A stretch of DNA of 64,000 bases from a virus (lineage: Duplodnaviria > Caudoviricetes). A model generated the notes under the pieces. It saw nothing but the letters and a program-made list of their open reading frames with translations. It searched no databases and was not told where the DNA came from. Positions within the stretch are counted from its first letter, which is position 1, and each line of letters begins with the position of its first letter. The stretch lies in the IMG/VR virus record IMGVR_UViG_2905706892_000001, positions 1,556 to 65,555 of that record; one strand, written 5' to 3'. A program made the translations under genes and the position numbers. Of the stretch, positions 8,601 through 18,400 are shown one piece after another.

Positions 8601-10886
8601 CGAGTTCGCTTTGGCCTGTGCAGCATTTGCTTTACTTACGCCACTGTCTGCCGTGTCTTGTGCATCATCTGCTTTAGTGGTTGCAGTGGTTGCCTTAGTC
8701 TCAACATTAGTTAAGCGCGAAGCATGACCGGTACTCGTTTCTTCAAGCGTTCCGACACGGTTCGTTACGGCCGTTACTTTAGTCGTTGCCGAATTAGCTT
8801 TGGCCTGTGCAGTATTTGCTTTGCTGACACCACTGTTCGCCGTAGACTGAGCCGCCGCTGCTTTACCAACACCCGAATCCGCTGTGTCTTGTGCGTCATC
8901 AGCCTTAGTAACCGCTGTAACTGCTGTGGTTTCTACTGTAGATAAACGGGACGCATGACCTTCGCTGGTTTCTTCCAACGTAGATACACGGTTCGTAGCG
9001 GCTGTTGCGATAGTGGTTGCAGCATTCGCTTTGGCCTGTGCCGCATTCGCTTTGCTAACACCACTGTCTGCCGTGTCCTGTGCATCATCCGCTTTAGTAA
9101 CTGCGCTAGTTGATTTGGTCTCAACATTAGTTAAACGTGACGCATGGCCTGTGCTAGTTTCTTCAAGTGTTCCAACACGATTCGTTACGGTAGTAACCTT
9201 CGTATCAACCGAATTAGCTTTAGCTTGTGCCGTATTTGCTTTACTAACACCTGAGTTAGCTGTGCCTTGTGCCGCGTTCGCTTTACTGACACCACTGTCC
9301 GCTGTGTCCTGTGCATCATGTGCTTTGGTGGTTGCCGTCGTTGCTGTGGTTTCCACATTGGTTAAACGTGACGCATGGCCTGTGCTGGTTTCTTCAAGCG
9401 TTCCAACACGATTCGTTACAGAGGTTACTTTAGTGTTCACTGCGTTGGCTGTACCCTGCGCAGCACCAGCGTCTAGAACACCACTATCAGCCGTGGCCTG
9501 TGCCAAGTCTGCCGCATCTTGAGCATCATCTGCTTTAGACTCTGCGGTAGTCGATGTGGTCTCAACATTAGTTAAACGTGACGCATGGCCTGTGCTAGTT
9601 TCTTCAAGCGTACCCACACGATTCGTTACTGACGATACTTTTGCTGTAGCTGAGTTCGCTGTGCCTTGTGCCGTATCGGCCTTAAATACACCACTATCTG
9701 CCGTGGACTGAGCGGCATCTGCTTTAGTAACGGCACTCGTTGATTTGGTTTCAACGTTAGTTAAACGTGACGCATGGCCTGTGCTGGTTTCTTCAAGACC
9801 TGTGACACGACTCGTTACGGTCGCTACCTTAGTGTTCGCCGCATTTGCTGAGCCTTGTGCGGCATCTGCTTTAGTGACTGCGCTCGTTGATTTGGTTTCA
9901 ACATTAGTTAAACGTGATGCATGACCTTCGCTAGTTTCTTCAAGGCCTGTGACACTGTTCGCTATAGTTGCCACTCTCGTATTTGCTGCGTTTGCTGAGC
10001 CTTGCGCGGCATCTGCTTTATCTACTGCGGTAGTTGATTTGGTTTCAACATTAGATAAACGCGACGCATGACCCGCGCTAGTTTTTTCAAGCGTAGTAAC
10101 ACGTGCTTTACTCGCACCATCGCTAGTCTCAAGAACAGTTACACGTTGGGCTTGTTCATCCGTCGTTGTCTCAAGGTCAGTGATAGCCGAACCATGCGAA
10201 CCCGTTAATGATGAAAGACCTGTAATGTCGTTCTGAACGTTACCGATTGCGGTAGCAGCCGATGCAATTTTAGAATCAGCCAATGCAATATTAGACGTAA
10301 GGCGCGTGTCCGTAGACTTAATAGTTGCGTCTAGCCCTTCGACAGCCGTATCAATGCGCGACACTCCATCTGTAATGCGCTCGTCAGTAGTTACAATAAG
10401 GGCATTAGCTTTATTTAGCGATACAGTGAAGTTATGTTCCGCAGTCGCAAGTGCCGAGGCTAGGCCACCATCTGCGGCTTTAAGGCGTGACTCTACATCA
10501 TCGACCGCGACGGTAATGTCATCTTGTTTGGTGAGTATTTCATTGAGGACTTCTGGATCAACGTCTTCACCGTCAGTGCCTTTGATTAGCGACCAATCGA
10601 AAATACTTGGGTCAGCTAGTTTGGGTTGTTCAGTAGTTTGGCCTACTGCGAAGCCTATATATTCTTTGCCCTCTGGCAATAGGCTTATGCCGTTACCTTG
10701 TTCATCATCAGCGTAGGCTTTCCACACATGGTAAGCGGGGCCTACGGCCTCTGCATTCAGGTCGATTACGTGCCAAGCACCCTCTAACCTAGAATAAAAC
10801 GCCGTATGGTCAACCCATACCGCGTTTCTCTTAACTTTTACCGATGCGACTTGTTGCCAAGTCCCATTTACTTTTATAGCCGACAT
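2643..10886 (-). CDS. Giant tail fibre / receptor-binding protein (2747 aa)
   Basis: About 1000 aa of Ala/Thr/Ser coiled-coil repeats, CBM-like beta domain, lambda-J/DUF1983-like segment (KADANGKVSGV..FQADEIAIV), fibre motifs GSGLDADKLDG and ANADKLAG. Confidence 0.9.
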   Translation of the reverse strand: MSAIKVNGTWQQVASVKVKRNAVWVDHTAFYSRLEGAWHVIDLNAEAVGPAYHVWKAYADDEQGNGISLLPEGKEYIGFAVGQTTEQPKLADPSIFDWSLIKGTDGEDVDPEVLNEILTKQDDITVAVDDVESRLKAADGGLASALATAEHNFTVSLNKANALIVTTDERITDGVSRIDTAVEGLDATIKSTDTRLTSNIALADSKIASAATAIGNVQNDITGLSSLTGSHGSAITDLETTTDEQAQRVTVLETSDGASKARVTTLEKTSAGHASRLSNVETKSTTAVDKADAAQGSANAANTRVATIANSVTGLEETSEGHASRLTNVETKSTSAVTKADAAQGSANAANTKVATVTSRVTGLEETSTGHASRLTNVETKSTSAVTKADAAQSTADSGVFKADTAQGTANSATAKVSSVTNRVGTLEETSTGHASRLTNVETTSTTAESKADDAQDAADLAQATADSGVLDAGAAQGTANAVNTKVTSVTNRVGTLEETSTGHASRLTNVETTATTATTKAHDAQDTADSGVSKANAAQGTANSGVSKANTAQAKANSVDTKVTTVTNRVGTLEETSTGHASRLTNVETKSTSAVTKADDAQDTADSGVSKANAAQAKANAATTIATAATNRVSTLEETSEGHASRLSTVETTAVTAVTKADDAQDTADSGVGKAAAAQSTANSGVSKANTAQAKANSATTKVTAVTNRVGTLEETSTGHASRLTNVETKATTATTKADDAQDTADSGVSKANAAQAKANSADGKVNTVTNRVTSLEETSEDYATRFTSVETTSESGVSKANVAQSTANSGVSKANAAQVTANSGVSKANAAKGLADEAQDTADSGVSKANAAQGTANSANTKVTSVTNRVGTLEETSTGHASRLSTVETKATTGVSKANAAQSTANSGVSKANTAQSKANTAKKLADDAQDTADSGVGKANAAQSSANTAKNLADDAQDTADSGVSKANAAQNTANAANTKVTAVTNRVSTLESTSSTHASRLSTVETKATTGVSKANTAQSKANTATIKADTAQDAAEAAQGTANTATTNATAVSNRVSTLESTSTTHASRLSTVETKATSGVSKANTAQSTANTGVSNAAKAQAKANSADSKVNAATNRVSTLETSDLDKARRISMVESIAAKSSEYTLNSANNVVPDVHSALDSSADSGAANLKAGFRVTGSRDGFSREFFQVNPDRSYEIRVRARQAVNSSDNSNRLYAGVAPYDANKKEVARPSGGAGTYLYAAASPKILPTDGTWREYSAIMTGVGMSSRNFREGTRYVRLMFIASHVGKGSPVVDIEYLEIRDVTEVNAVDSRVSVIETASNANASRIESVNASQGKAVASAKDIARAYTDTQTNVLKAERVIKADANGKVSGVHLLSKGSGVDAGGKLYFQADEIAIVPPNWNGSSELDKSKFPFYFSEDRNYMYLDEAVIRQLSAETIDSGRLAVDGIAILSDDITMPPGAIREHMIDPAFKDGIVRVSPDGVVLGGTQSVTSKGVGFNKKISVPALKSGGSAQKMNFSVSGPNEAGLKDVAFDVTMKLNGAAHNFTVGKATIRLSANINYSTEEGGHRLYRTSFNFSEQVILPAPTKGLEYTYEFTISNITFNPKSVVSYNYADKLFFAVSVSEPTVSSGGFITDVRWKDVKEQPSYLGIDTSGSSSYPRMFPANNPASSNSWVRTTSAGLLPYANNKSNLGTSSWKFKEVHSVNFYENGVSLGSKYLGKTATAANADKLAGKSASSSGAANSIALRNSNGDTTSRLFRSTYQNDSSIHGAIAFRHSTTDNYIRFCSNMAAVRDFVDVYSKSEANGRYLPSSGDAITSGSIVGVMSGKVALAANDGHGNANVAFNHANGRPMMDGNAARIEVNTDSSSNPFMSIELGSGVKQGVTTGLTSVLWLDMSEIKYRGNNIYHTGNTSHFAIKSEADSKYLGKYDTAAKADLLEYDNQVVYGRSGLQASNVSGGGGEGTDNTALENPTNDWWYHITANHANGGGYYFDIACSFHTNRMMFKRVSSGSSGGWQEFFHTDNMGSGSGLDADKLDGLHATSFARIGTTSPTSDYLYVHRDSSNPAFYAVQSGTGDIARFITGSKGLTHHTRGTLINNEGSVVTTGQLIAEASSIGSNQVAGIFKHPTRNANVAIVSKNASKGSFRFEANADEGELRIQTSTAGGAYSIAGGDRGNIAAFRRNGDFIVNGVVDVNGGLRRGAHTFINSGDTWIRTNSDDGIYFSSHGGGLHMIDSEWVRTYGGKALFSSSTNSLQAINTDGGIRFKQQLYSTNPTGEGGIVGYYATLGSSKDQMIWTIGSDWRTHAKHYGLGYHYGSEIDGGNKHQLVLKQNGVIGTYLAMNGHARFNGVVNAKATTGVISRVITYDDFLPSTPPAGLENTITASWIGAGAINARHLQVNSLVNNGGSYTSLKIAPDAVRPIALSRTDSAGKEISPIFYVDTKGNGFFDGKLSKNTVDIESIQDEARRQINPYYVGTVAGGTQSGTDKSLNTGGTYVLPAITVLGGKVNLSWVVSGSTSYHNGSGKQAYSTPNWRIEVFRGTTSNTRIVNRTYTGTSFQHLDNEYGSPSYGRWEGSSSIHIDDQISDNYAASGQRYTIRVTRLSGTSMAILVRSFTGSSPAFKRIEMKYDYTSLYYNAAGLANGNITLADDYDKYEFLAVEGSEDNDDVMGITLIPTYTITADVGKFDDKQFMLSSPLYDKYWRVSLQGKRSLIERGENSLIRRIWGVNIVEKV
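7480..10200 (-). repeat. Degenerate intragenic repeats encoding the fibre stalk
   Basis: 11 copies of HASRL(T/S)xVET plus variants, interleaved with SGVSKANAAQ/DDAQDTAD units; near-identical DNA such as TTAAACGTGACGCATGGCCTGTGCT recurs. Confidence 0.95.
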
Positions 10887-10898
10887 TGAAGATTTCCA

Positions 10899-11282
10899 TT
10901 AGGGAGCTGCGACAATCCAAATGTCACCATCTTTACCCTGCCCCGCACTCGGCGCAGTGGTGGAAACGGTGACTCGATTCCCTAGCTTCTCTAATGTGTC
11001 ACTGACTTGTGCTGCAAGTCGAGTGTTTGTGGTTGCTGACACACTGCGCATAATACCATACAACATGTTCGATTTAGTAATTAAGTTGTACGGTCTATCA
11101 ATACGAATTGTAGAATCATCAATGACTTCGGTTACTTCGTAGACACGGTTATCGAGTGAAAACATATCGCCCTCAACAGGTCTATTTGCCGCTGATTTCC
11201 AATACGTCCCAACACCCTTTACCACATCGCTGTCTTTCGTCATTGTGATAACACCCGTTCTGTACCATCTGCTAGTGCTCAT
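10899..11282 (-). CDS. Tail fibre N-terminal attachment-domain protein
   Basis: WYRTGVITMTKDSDVVKGVGTYW resembles fibre N-termini; ends with TVSTTAPS..GKDGDIWI motif. Confidence 0.75.
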   Translation of the reverse strand: MSTSRWYRTGVITMTKDSDVVKGVGTYWKSAANRPVEGDMFSLDNRVYEVTEVIDDSTIRIDRPYNLITKSNMLYGIMRSVSATTNTRLAAQVSDTLEKLGNRVTVSTTAPSAGQGKDGDIWIVAAP

Positions 11283-13228
11283 AGAAAATCTACCTCGTAC
11301 ATGTAAAGGCCTTTCACGCTATTGAACGTGTTGCCCGATTTGAATACGTCCGCAACAATCGCTGACTGCTGGACTAGAATGTTGTCGTTTACGTCTGGAA
11401 CAAGAACAACGGCGAACGTATGTTCTGCGGTACTTGCAGGAATATTGCAGCCCAGCTGAACCGTTACCGAACCTTCTTCGTTCGCGTTATGTGAATGGAA
11501 TTTTTGGACTACTGAGCCATCGAGCAACAGGTATACGTCAAAGTTACTTGATGAACCGCCACCGCCTTGATGGTCAAGTGCTATGCCGCTTACGACAAGA
11601 ACCCGATCACTTTCAGCACCTATTACACCGGGCGACACTTTTCCTGAGATAAGGGCGAACTTCTCGTTTCTATGCACGGTGAAATCATCTTGGATAACAA
11701 CAACTGTACGGTCTACAATATCGCCCTCGATGTTCTTGGCTTTCAACGTCCCTTCAATGGTGCAAGACTCGTCAATGCGGACGTTCTTCATGTAGCCGTT
11801 TGTCGCAGCCAAGTTGCCCTCAAAGAACCCGTCTTTAGCGCGCATTACACCTTCTTGCGTTACGCTAAATCGGCTACCGATACTTAGGCTAGCACCTTCG
11901 ATTGAGCCACCCTTAATCTTAGGGGAGCTAAACGACAGGCCAACCTTTACGCGCTCTGCGGTGATGTTCGCTGCCAACAGATTATATATCTCAGCATCTT
12001 GGATAAATGCTTTGTCGATTATCGTTTTGCCATCTTTAATGATGAACGGGAATAGCTTTGACTCACCGCCCGTTACCGTAAATGACTGAGCATCAACAAC
12101 GAAGCTAGTCTTGTTCCCATCGTTCAAGAACCCCACACCGCCTTGTAGGTCGCCAACCTTAGTTTTAACGCCCCATTGCGCGTTGTACTTGTTGCCCTCA
12201 GAAGCGGAGGCCGTTGCAAGTTGGTCTAACGTTACGTTCGTACCGTTGTAATCAACAGTGAAGTTGCGTAGAGACTGTGCAATGCCGCCCGTGCTACTAG
12301 ACAGTACGGTATCGAACTCAGTAATCTTTGCCGATATTGATTTGCCTAGGTCGTTTTCCCACTTAGACTCAAGCTCTTGGATACGAAGAACATAGGCTTC
12401 GTCTGCATTTACCGCTGCATGAATGCCCCCCGATAGACGAGCGTAGTTCTTGGCGAATTGTTGCTGAATAGTCTCACTTTGCACATGTTTTGAAATAGCA
12501 CCACTAAGCGCTTGTTCGGCCAACATATCGCTAACTGACGCGCTATCGCCTAGCAATGCCGACAGATTAGAGTCACCTAGGCCAGTGCCTTGAAGCGATC
12601 TGTTTAGGGTATCCAACACACTTAAGTCACTGCGCAACCATTTGAAGTTTTCGCCCTGTGCAATCTCATTGCTGTATTTAATTAATACCTGTTCAGGGGT
12701 ATCGGACGTAGTGCCTTTTGTGCCCTCAGGTGATTGCACATCGCCTGTTACGTAATCACGGTTAACATGTCGAACCCAATAGATGAACGATTTAGAAGGT
12801 TCTACCATATCCGAGTAAAAGCCCGTCGATGACGAGCCAACAAACACCGCGTCAGCGAACACAGGCGTATCATCAATAGCATTTGCTAGGTCTACACGAT
12901 AAACCTCTGTGAATGCATACCACGAAGCACTAGGCCTATCCCATTCAAGGCCTACCATGTTGAACATGCCAAACACTTCAACATTAGTCGGTATGCTAGG
13001 TCGAGGGTCATTGAATGCTGTGACGACACCCGATTCAGTCTTGGTCATTAGCTGGCGCATATCCACTGTGCCAACAGCCTGTTTAAAGTCACGGAACGTA
13101 ACCGCTTTATCTAAAGAGTTGCCACGCCCCATGCCCGCTTGAATCTGTACAGTTTCACGCAGCGCCGAAAGGAACTGTTGGACAGAGCGGGATGCGTCGC
13201 GCGGAACAGGGGGTAAAGCACGGCTCAT
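11279..13228 (-). CDS. Tail tip/host-specificity protein, lambda J C-terminal (DUF1983)-like
   Basis: FnIII-like N-term (YWVRHVN), AQWGVKT..GGVG..SFVVDAQSF..PFIIKDGKTIIDKAFIQDAEI. Confidence 0.8.
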   Translation of the reverse strand: MSRALPPVPRDASRSVQQFLSALRETVQIQAGMGRGNSLDKAVTFRDFKQAVGTVDMRQLMTKTESGVVTAFNDPRPSIPTNVEVFGMFNMVGLEWDRPSASWYAFTEVYRVDLANAIDDTPVFADAVFVGSSSTGFYSDMVEPSKSFIYWVRHVNRDYVTGDVQSPEGTKGTTSDTPEQVLIKYSNEIAQGENFKWLRSDLSVLDTLNRSLQGTGLGDSNLSALLGDSASVSDMLAEQALSGAISKHVQSETIQQQFAKNYARLSGGIHAAVNADEAYVLRIQELESKWENDLGKSISAKITEFDTVLSSSTGGIAQSLRNFTVDYNGTNVTLDQLATASASEGNKYNAQWGVKTKVGDLQGGVGFLNDGNKTSFVVDAQSFTVTGGESKLFPFIIKDGKTIIDKAFIQDAEIYNLLAANITAERVKVGLSFSSPKIKGGSIEGASLSIGSRFSVTQEGVMRAKDGFFEGNLAATNGYMKNVRIDESCTIEGTLKAKNIEGDIVDRTVVVIQDDFTVHRNEKFALISGKVSPGVIGAESDRVLVVSGIALDHQGGGGSSSNFDVYLLLDGSVVQKFHSHNANEEGSVTVQLGCNIPASTAEHTFAVVLVPDVNDNILVQQSAIVADVFKSGNTFNSVKGLYMYEVDFL

Positions 13229-15042
13229 ACAAGTTCCTCTGGCGCTTGGGCTAATTGAATATCACGTATTTCTAGCGGGACAGCTTGGCTAATTGGATCA
13301 ACACCCACACGCCATCTGAACGCACGGCTATTGAATGGCAAGTAGAAGAACGTAGGGCTAGCCACTTCTTTCGTATAACTAACAATCTCGCCTGTAAGTG
13401 CATGGTCATACTCAACACGCAGACGTACGGGGTATTGGTTCGCACGTACTTTTGCAATGTTGAAACACGTTGGGTCGTTGAACACATACGTTTTTGAAGT
13501 CCACTCGACAGGCATAACAGCATCGCTACTAGAATCGAACAACATAAGCTCTCGGCTATCAGTGTCGATGTAAGCAAGGTCATTTGTTTCCTCAAGCTCA
13601 ACGAATGATTCAGCGCTTATGTCAACGGTTCGTATGCCCGCATTTGGATTAATCGCATCGAACACAAACGTTTTGCCGACTGTTGGGCAGTGAACAAACA
13701 CCTTGTTATCCGAGTTCGCTAATCGCATGGTAGATGGGTCAAGCGCGCGCCATTCGTCAGACTCGATAAAGCCCGTGCTAACGTTAGCCATTGAATAGCT
13801 TTCAATACGGAATAGGCCGACCTCACTCGCGAAGTAAACAGCCCCCGCCACCTCAGTCGAGCCGTGTGGACTTGAGCAAGGAACTGGATCAGCAAGTCTA
13901 GCCGCGTCCATTGACTCAGGGTGAACGCCTTGAATTATGTAGGGAACGCCCGTAGTTAACACAACAAGGTTTGAACCCGATGGTTGGATAGTCACAATGT
14001 CTTCTTGGAACACTTTGTAATACTTCACAGGCCACGCGTAGAAAGCTTCTGGCTCTGCAAAACATAAGATTCGTTTGTTATGGCCGACAAGTATATCCGC
14101 GCCCATGACTGCAATCTTTTCCATTGCGCCACTAGGGAAAAGCGCAGTATTGGTGTCAGGTGCGCCCACCCAATCCTCGTTGATAGGAGCATCAAGTAAG
14201 TCGCCACTGTACGCGCTATCCACATACGTTAACTGTGTGCTAGGAATTTCAGCAACGAACTGGAACACACTCTTGCCCGATGTGCCCAAGTTGGTTCGGT
14301 AGATACGGGTTTTAGCTGTTGTCTTGCGAAGTGGATCAGCCGAAAGTAAAGAGTCTGGAACATCTGGCAACGTAAGCGTAACCGCTGTTGTGTTTATATA
14401 TTCCCACTCACGGATAGTCACTAAATCGGTCGGGGCAGACAGCGCACTTAATCTGCCCCACGCATCAACATAACAAATAGCGTATACAACTTCTGACAGG
14501 TCATACTCGCTAACCTCAGGGTCAGTGAAAGGACGAACGCCAATGATTCCATCGCCATTGCTGTCCGTTCCTTCTTCAAAGTCAGGCGGCATTTCTTCAC
14601 TGCCATCACCATTCGCCACCGCTTCTGATACCCACTTTTCAGCATCACCCGTTGTCACTCCGACAATAGATAAAGGCACTGGAACATTGAGCGGATAAGA
14701 GGCCGCTGGGTATGGCCCTCCCCCTTCTTCTGCGTCCAAGTTGTATGCGACTTGTGGGTCAGTATCTTTTGAAGCTATAACAACAAAGTCGTACGCATCA
14801 TTCTTAAGAGGCGCTTTAACCGCGTATGTAACTTGCGGCCAAGAGAACCATTCATTGCGGTACTTGAACATAGACTTAGCATTGCTGCGGCCATACTGCC
14901 CAAGCGACACAGGCATTGCCCACGGCTCAAGAATGCCCCGCTCAGATTTAGTATTATGCGATACGGTAGCGTAACCATCGGGCACTTGTTCATCATCAAA
15001 CTTTGGTGCAGTGCCCAAGAACGCATTGAAGAGGATTTTCAT
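13225..15042 (-). CDS. Podovirus tail tubular/stabilisation (nozzle-like) protein
   Basis: Position and size; LCFAEP..FYAWP, VYFASEVGL and WTSKTY motifs typical of this family. Confidence 0.7.
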   Translation of the reverse strand: MKILFNAFLGTAPKFDDEQVPDGYATVSHNTKSERGILEPWAMPVSLGQYGRSNAKSMFKYRNEWFSWPQVTYAVKAPLKNDAYDFVVIASKDTDPQVAYNLDAEEGGGPYPAASYPLNVPVPLSIVGVTTGDAEKWVSEAVANGDGSEEMPPDFEEGTDSNGDGIIGVRPFTDPEVSEYDLSEVVYAICYVDAWGRLSALSAPTDLVTIREWEYINTTAVTLTLPDVPDSLLSADPLRKTTAKTRIYRTNLGTSGKSVFQFVAEIPSTQLTYVDSAYSGDLLDAPINEDWVGAPDTNTALFPSGAMEKIAVMGADILVGHNKRILCFAEPEAFYAWPVKYYKVFQEDIVTIQPSGSNLVVLTTGVPYIIQGVHPESMDAARLADPVPCSSPHGSTEVAGAVYFASEVGLFRIESYSMANVSTGFIESDEWRALDPSTMRLANSDNKVFVHCPTVGKTFVFDAINPNAGIRTVDISAESFVELEETNDLAYIDTDSRELMLFDSSSDAVMPVEWTSKTYVFNDPTCFNIAKVRANQYPVRLRVEYDHALTGEIVSYTKEVASPTFFYLPFNSRAFRWRVGVDPISQAVPLEIRDIQLAQAPEELV

Positions 15043-15416
15043 TAGCTATATGTCCACGACACTGGTTCAGCCGACAAGCGCCAATCAATATGTAGAAAGG
15101 AGTTGCCAAAGCCGAAGCCCTTAGCGCCAAGCTTAAGTGCAAGCGCAACAATACGCATACGTTTAACACCCCATCCCACGCGAATGTCGAATGCCACGCC
15201 ATTAAAATGTTGACCAGGCTTAGCCTTTCGAGCTTCGTCTGGGTGCTGCGCGCATCGGAACGCACTAGACAAGCCCAATGCGCCTACATCTTCACGTATT
15301 TTTTGCAGCATACTGAGTGCAAACGGGTCACATTCATTAGGTATTTCACCCTTACAAATGTCGCACGTGCATCGTAGTTCGCTAGCTGCGAAATGTTTTG
15401 TTTTTGGTTCTGCCAC
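15042..15416 (-). CDS. Endolysin, peptidase M15A family
   Basis: ELRCTC, SSAFRC..H, GQH..GVAFDI, FLHIDWR zinc-peptidase motifs. Confidence 0.9.
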   Translation of the reverse strand: MAEPKTKHFAASELRCTCDICKGEIPNECDPFALSMLQKIREDVGALGLSSAFRCAQHPDEARKAKPGQHFNGVAFDIRVGWGVKRMRIVALALKLGAKGFGFGNSFLHIDWRLSAEPVSWTYS

Positions 15417-15427
15417 GATAATGCCCT

Positions 15428-15467
15428 ATTAGTATTACTATTATGGCATTGTAACAGTATTACTACT
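15428..15467. promoter_or_regulatory. Tandem operator-like motifs upstream of the endolysin
   Basis: ATTAGT-ATT-ACTATT (15428-15442) and AACAGT-ATT-ACTACT (15453-15467). Confidence 0.7.
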
Positions 15468-18400
15468 TTATTTAATCAAATTCTTGACCCCCTCATTGAT
15501 TGGTTGCGCAAGCCAAGGGATTTGGTTAGCAAGCGGGACAATACGGCTCGGCTGCATTTCAAGCGTAGCAACGTCCACAGCGAATTGGGCACTCGGCCCT
15601 GCTGCCGCCACAACGGGGTGATTACCATATGTAGTGCCCGCATATATTGACTCTGCCATTGTCGCAGGACCGAGAAGTCCAGTAGCCGCAAAGACAGCGC
15701 CGCCCCAATCCCCTATGTTACGTTCGCCCTGCCATTTAGGACGACCAAACGGGTATCGAATCTGTTCACGGATAACCTCTGCAACCAACGCAAGAGGTAC
15801 GGCAACCGCTGCGGTTACAGCAACGGCCATCATAGGATTGACACTGCTGTCCTTGTCCTTGAAGCCTTTTGCTAATGACTTGTGCACGTTATCGTAGAAG
15901 CCATAGAAGAACTTCTTAAGTGTCGTGACAAGCAGGAAACGTGGATCATTCGCCACCAATGGGAGCTGAGTAGCGCGCGGATTCGTAACAGCCTCATTCA
16001 CAAATTGGTGAACAGCATCACGATAGCGTTTACCCGCTGGCGTATTCAGGTCGGCTTTGTCCTTGAACTCCGTAACATCTTTAGCAGTAACGCCTAGCTC
16101 TTTCAAACGGGCAACACCGCTCGACCCTTCTTCAACGGCACGTATCATGTAGCGTTCAGCCGCTTTCGTTGCAATGGCGCGTGTCATCTTAGTTACATAA
16201 TTCTGCCCATTCAGCCTGAACACAGTGCCTTGTATCTTCTGCGACACACGGCCTGTCGATAGGTCATTCATGTTGTACATTTCTTGTAGCGAATGCTCGA
16301 TAGCGTCATTGGTTATAATGTCGTAATCACGTGCCACCTTGTACATTTTCTCACGGCCTACGCTGGTCAGTACGCTTTTAGCATCGTTGAGCATTCCATC
16401 GGTATCACCGCGCATACGTGCGTAAGTTGCCGCAACCTCAGGGATACTCGCTAGGCCAGTGAACCACAGAACCGTAGCCGCTTGGAAACCAAGTGCCGCA
16501 GAGTTAAGGGCGCGTAACTTAGGTGACATACTCATACCTAATCGGCCTGTAACACCTTGGTAAAGTTTAGAGAACTCGTGGCGGTTGCCCGTATGTACTT
16601 CACTCTGAATACGGTTAAACTCGCCATTAGAATCCCATTTCCCATCTACCATTGAGCCATGCGTTTTGTTCCATGCTGCCCAGCTTGTAGCCGAATTAAC
16701 TAGACGTAACAAGTGGCGCGGCGCATCGGTGTCAACGAACTTACCCTCTTTCAGTTTATCGTAAAGTGGATCAAGTACCTTACGGCCTGCTCTTGGCGGG
16801 TTCGACAGCTCTGGACGAATAGCAAACTCAGGGTAGCCACGACCCTCTAAAATAGACTCTAAGAGCGATTCAGGATTCTTTACATTACCTTCGCGGAGGA
16901 TAGACAAAAAGCCCTCTCTATTGCGCTCAATAACGTGTGTATCTAAATGCACCTTAGAACTTACTGACTCAAACGATTTGTCGTTTTTACGGGTGTATTC
17001 ATTCAGGTCTTTAAGGAATGCCTCATACTTAGTACGTTCAGGACTATTCACCTTGCGCACGCTGTCCTCATAGCCTTTCTGAATGGCTTTGTTGTTACCA
17101 ACATCTTTGCCTATTCTTGAGGCGTAATACTCTGTAGCGTTTCGCTGAATGGCCGTAAACTTATCTGCGCGTAGTGCTGCGTCAGGATGGATGCGTTCAA
17201 GGCGCGTACGTGTCATTTCTAACAAGCGGAACATGGATTTCTTCGCTAGGCCACGGTTACGCTTAACAACTTTCATCAGCTTACGATTAAGCTGTATCTT
17301 ACGGCCTTTGCTAATATCAGTGCCCACACCAACATCATTGTCCTTGTGGCTTTTGAGTGCCAGTTCCGCTATTTCCATACGTCTTTGTGCTTCGGACAGG
17401 ATAGCGGCCTTAACATCGACCCCCTCTTTTGACGCATCAGCCACCGCTTTAATACCCTTAAGGCGCTCTAATCGGTGCTTGGCCTGTACCATATCGCGGT
17501 GCACATCTGACGCATCACCGAAGTCGCCTTTATTAACGAATGGCTTGCGTGAGTTGTTACGTTCTTGACTACCTACTGCATGTAACAGGTCGCTTGGTGC
17601 ATTGTCTAAATCACCATGCGCGTTACGAATGGCCGCTTTACTGTGGCCTTTAACATCATCACGGCGTATTGCGTCAACAAGTGATCGCTTCATGGCGCGT
17701 CTTGCTTCGGTATGCTCCACTCTGGCGCGCTCTACTTCGGCAACCATATCATCGCCCTTGCTCTTTTTGGCAAGTTCAAAGTCTTCGCGAGCTTTGGCTG
17801 CATTCTCAGTTAGTGCCTCACGGGTAGCCGTTTCCTTTTTGCCGCTAAGGTTTTCAGTTTTACGTGTTTTGCGGATTGCGCCACGAGTGTTAGCGACTTC
17901 CGATATTTCATCACGGTTAGCGATTTCATTGTCTACACGTTCTGATTTGATCGTAAGCTCACCGCCATCTTTAGCCGCTTGCTCGTAGTCTTTATCGAAC
18001 ACGCCCGAACGCGCATCACGAAGTATGTCATCGCCTCGTTCTTCTGAGATTTTGCCTTCATCAATTGAGCGCTGAACCAGTGTATGCACATCATCGTAAG
18101 AGACTTCATCACGGTACACATTGCCAATATCTTCAGGCATAAGGTCAGACAGTGTGCGAGTCTTGCGCATGTTGCCCTCAATACCCGACACCAACGAAAC
18201 CAACTCTTTAGGCAGCAAGTTACCCACTTTTACCGCGTGTTCTGCGGTAGCAATAACGGTCTTAAGCTCTGGGGCATCCGACAGTTTTAACCCAATCTTA
18301 CGAAGCAATGGCCTAACAGCACGGTCAACATGAGGCGCACGAACAACATCAACTTTTTTGTTGTACTTACGGCCTTTGTGGTAAACGTTAGCGCGTATTG

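Noticed and set aside
7244-9522. Long alternative-frame and antisense ORFs over the fibre repeats
   Set aside because: Shadows of the Ala/Thr-rich repetitive coding sequence; no RBS or plausible product
7480-10200. Repeat-spacer appearance suggesting a CRISPR array or DGR template
   Set aside because: Repeats are in frame with synonymous variation and related intervening units; no cas1/cas2 or reverse transcriptase in the window
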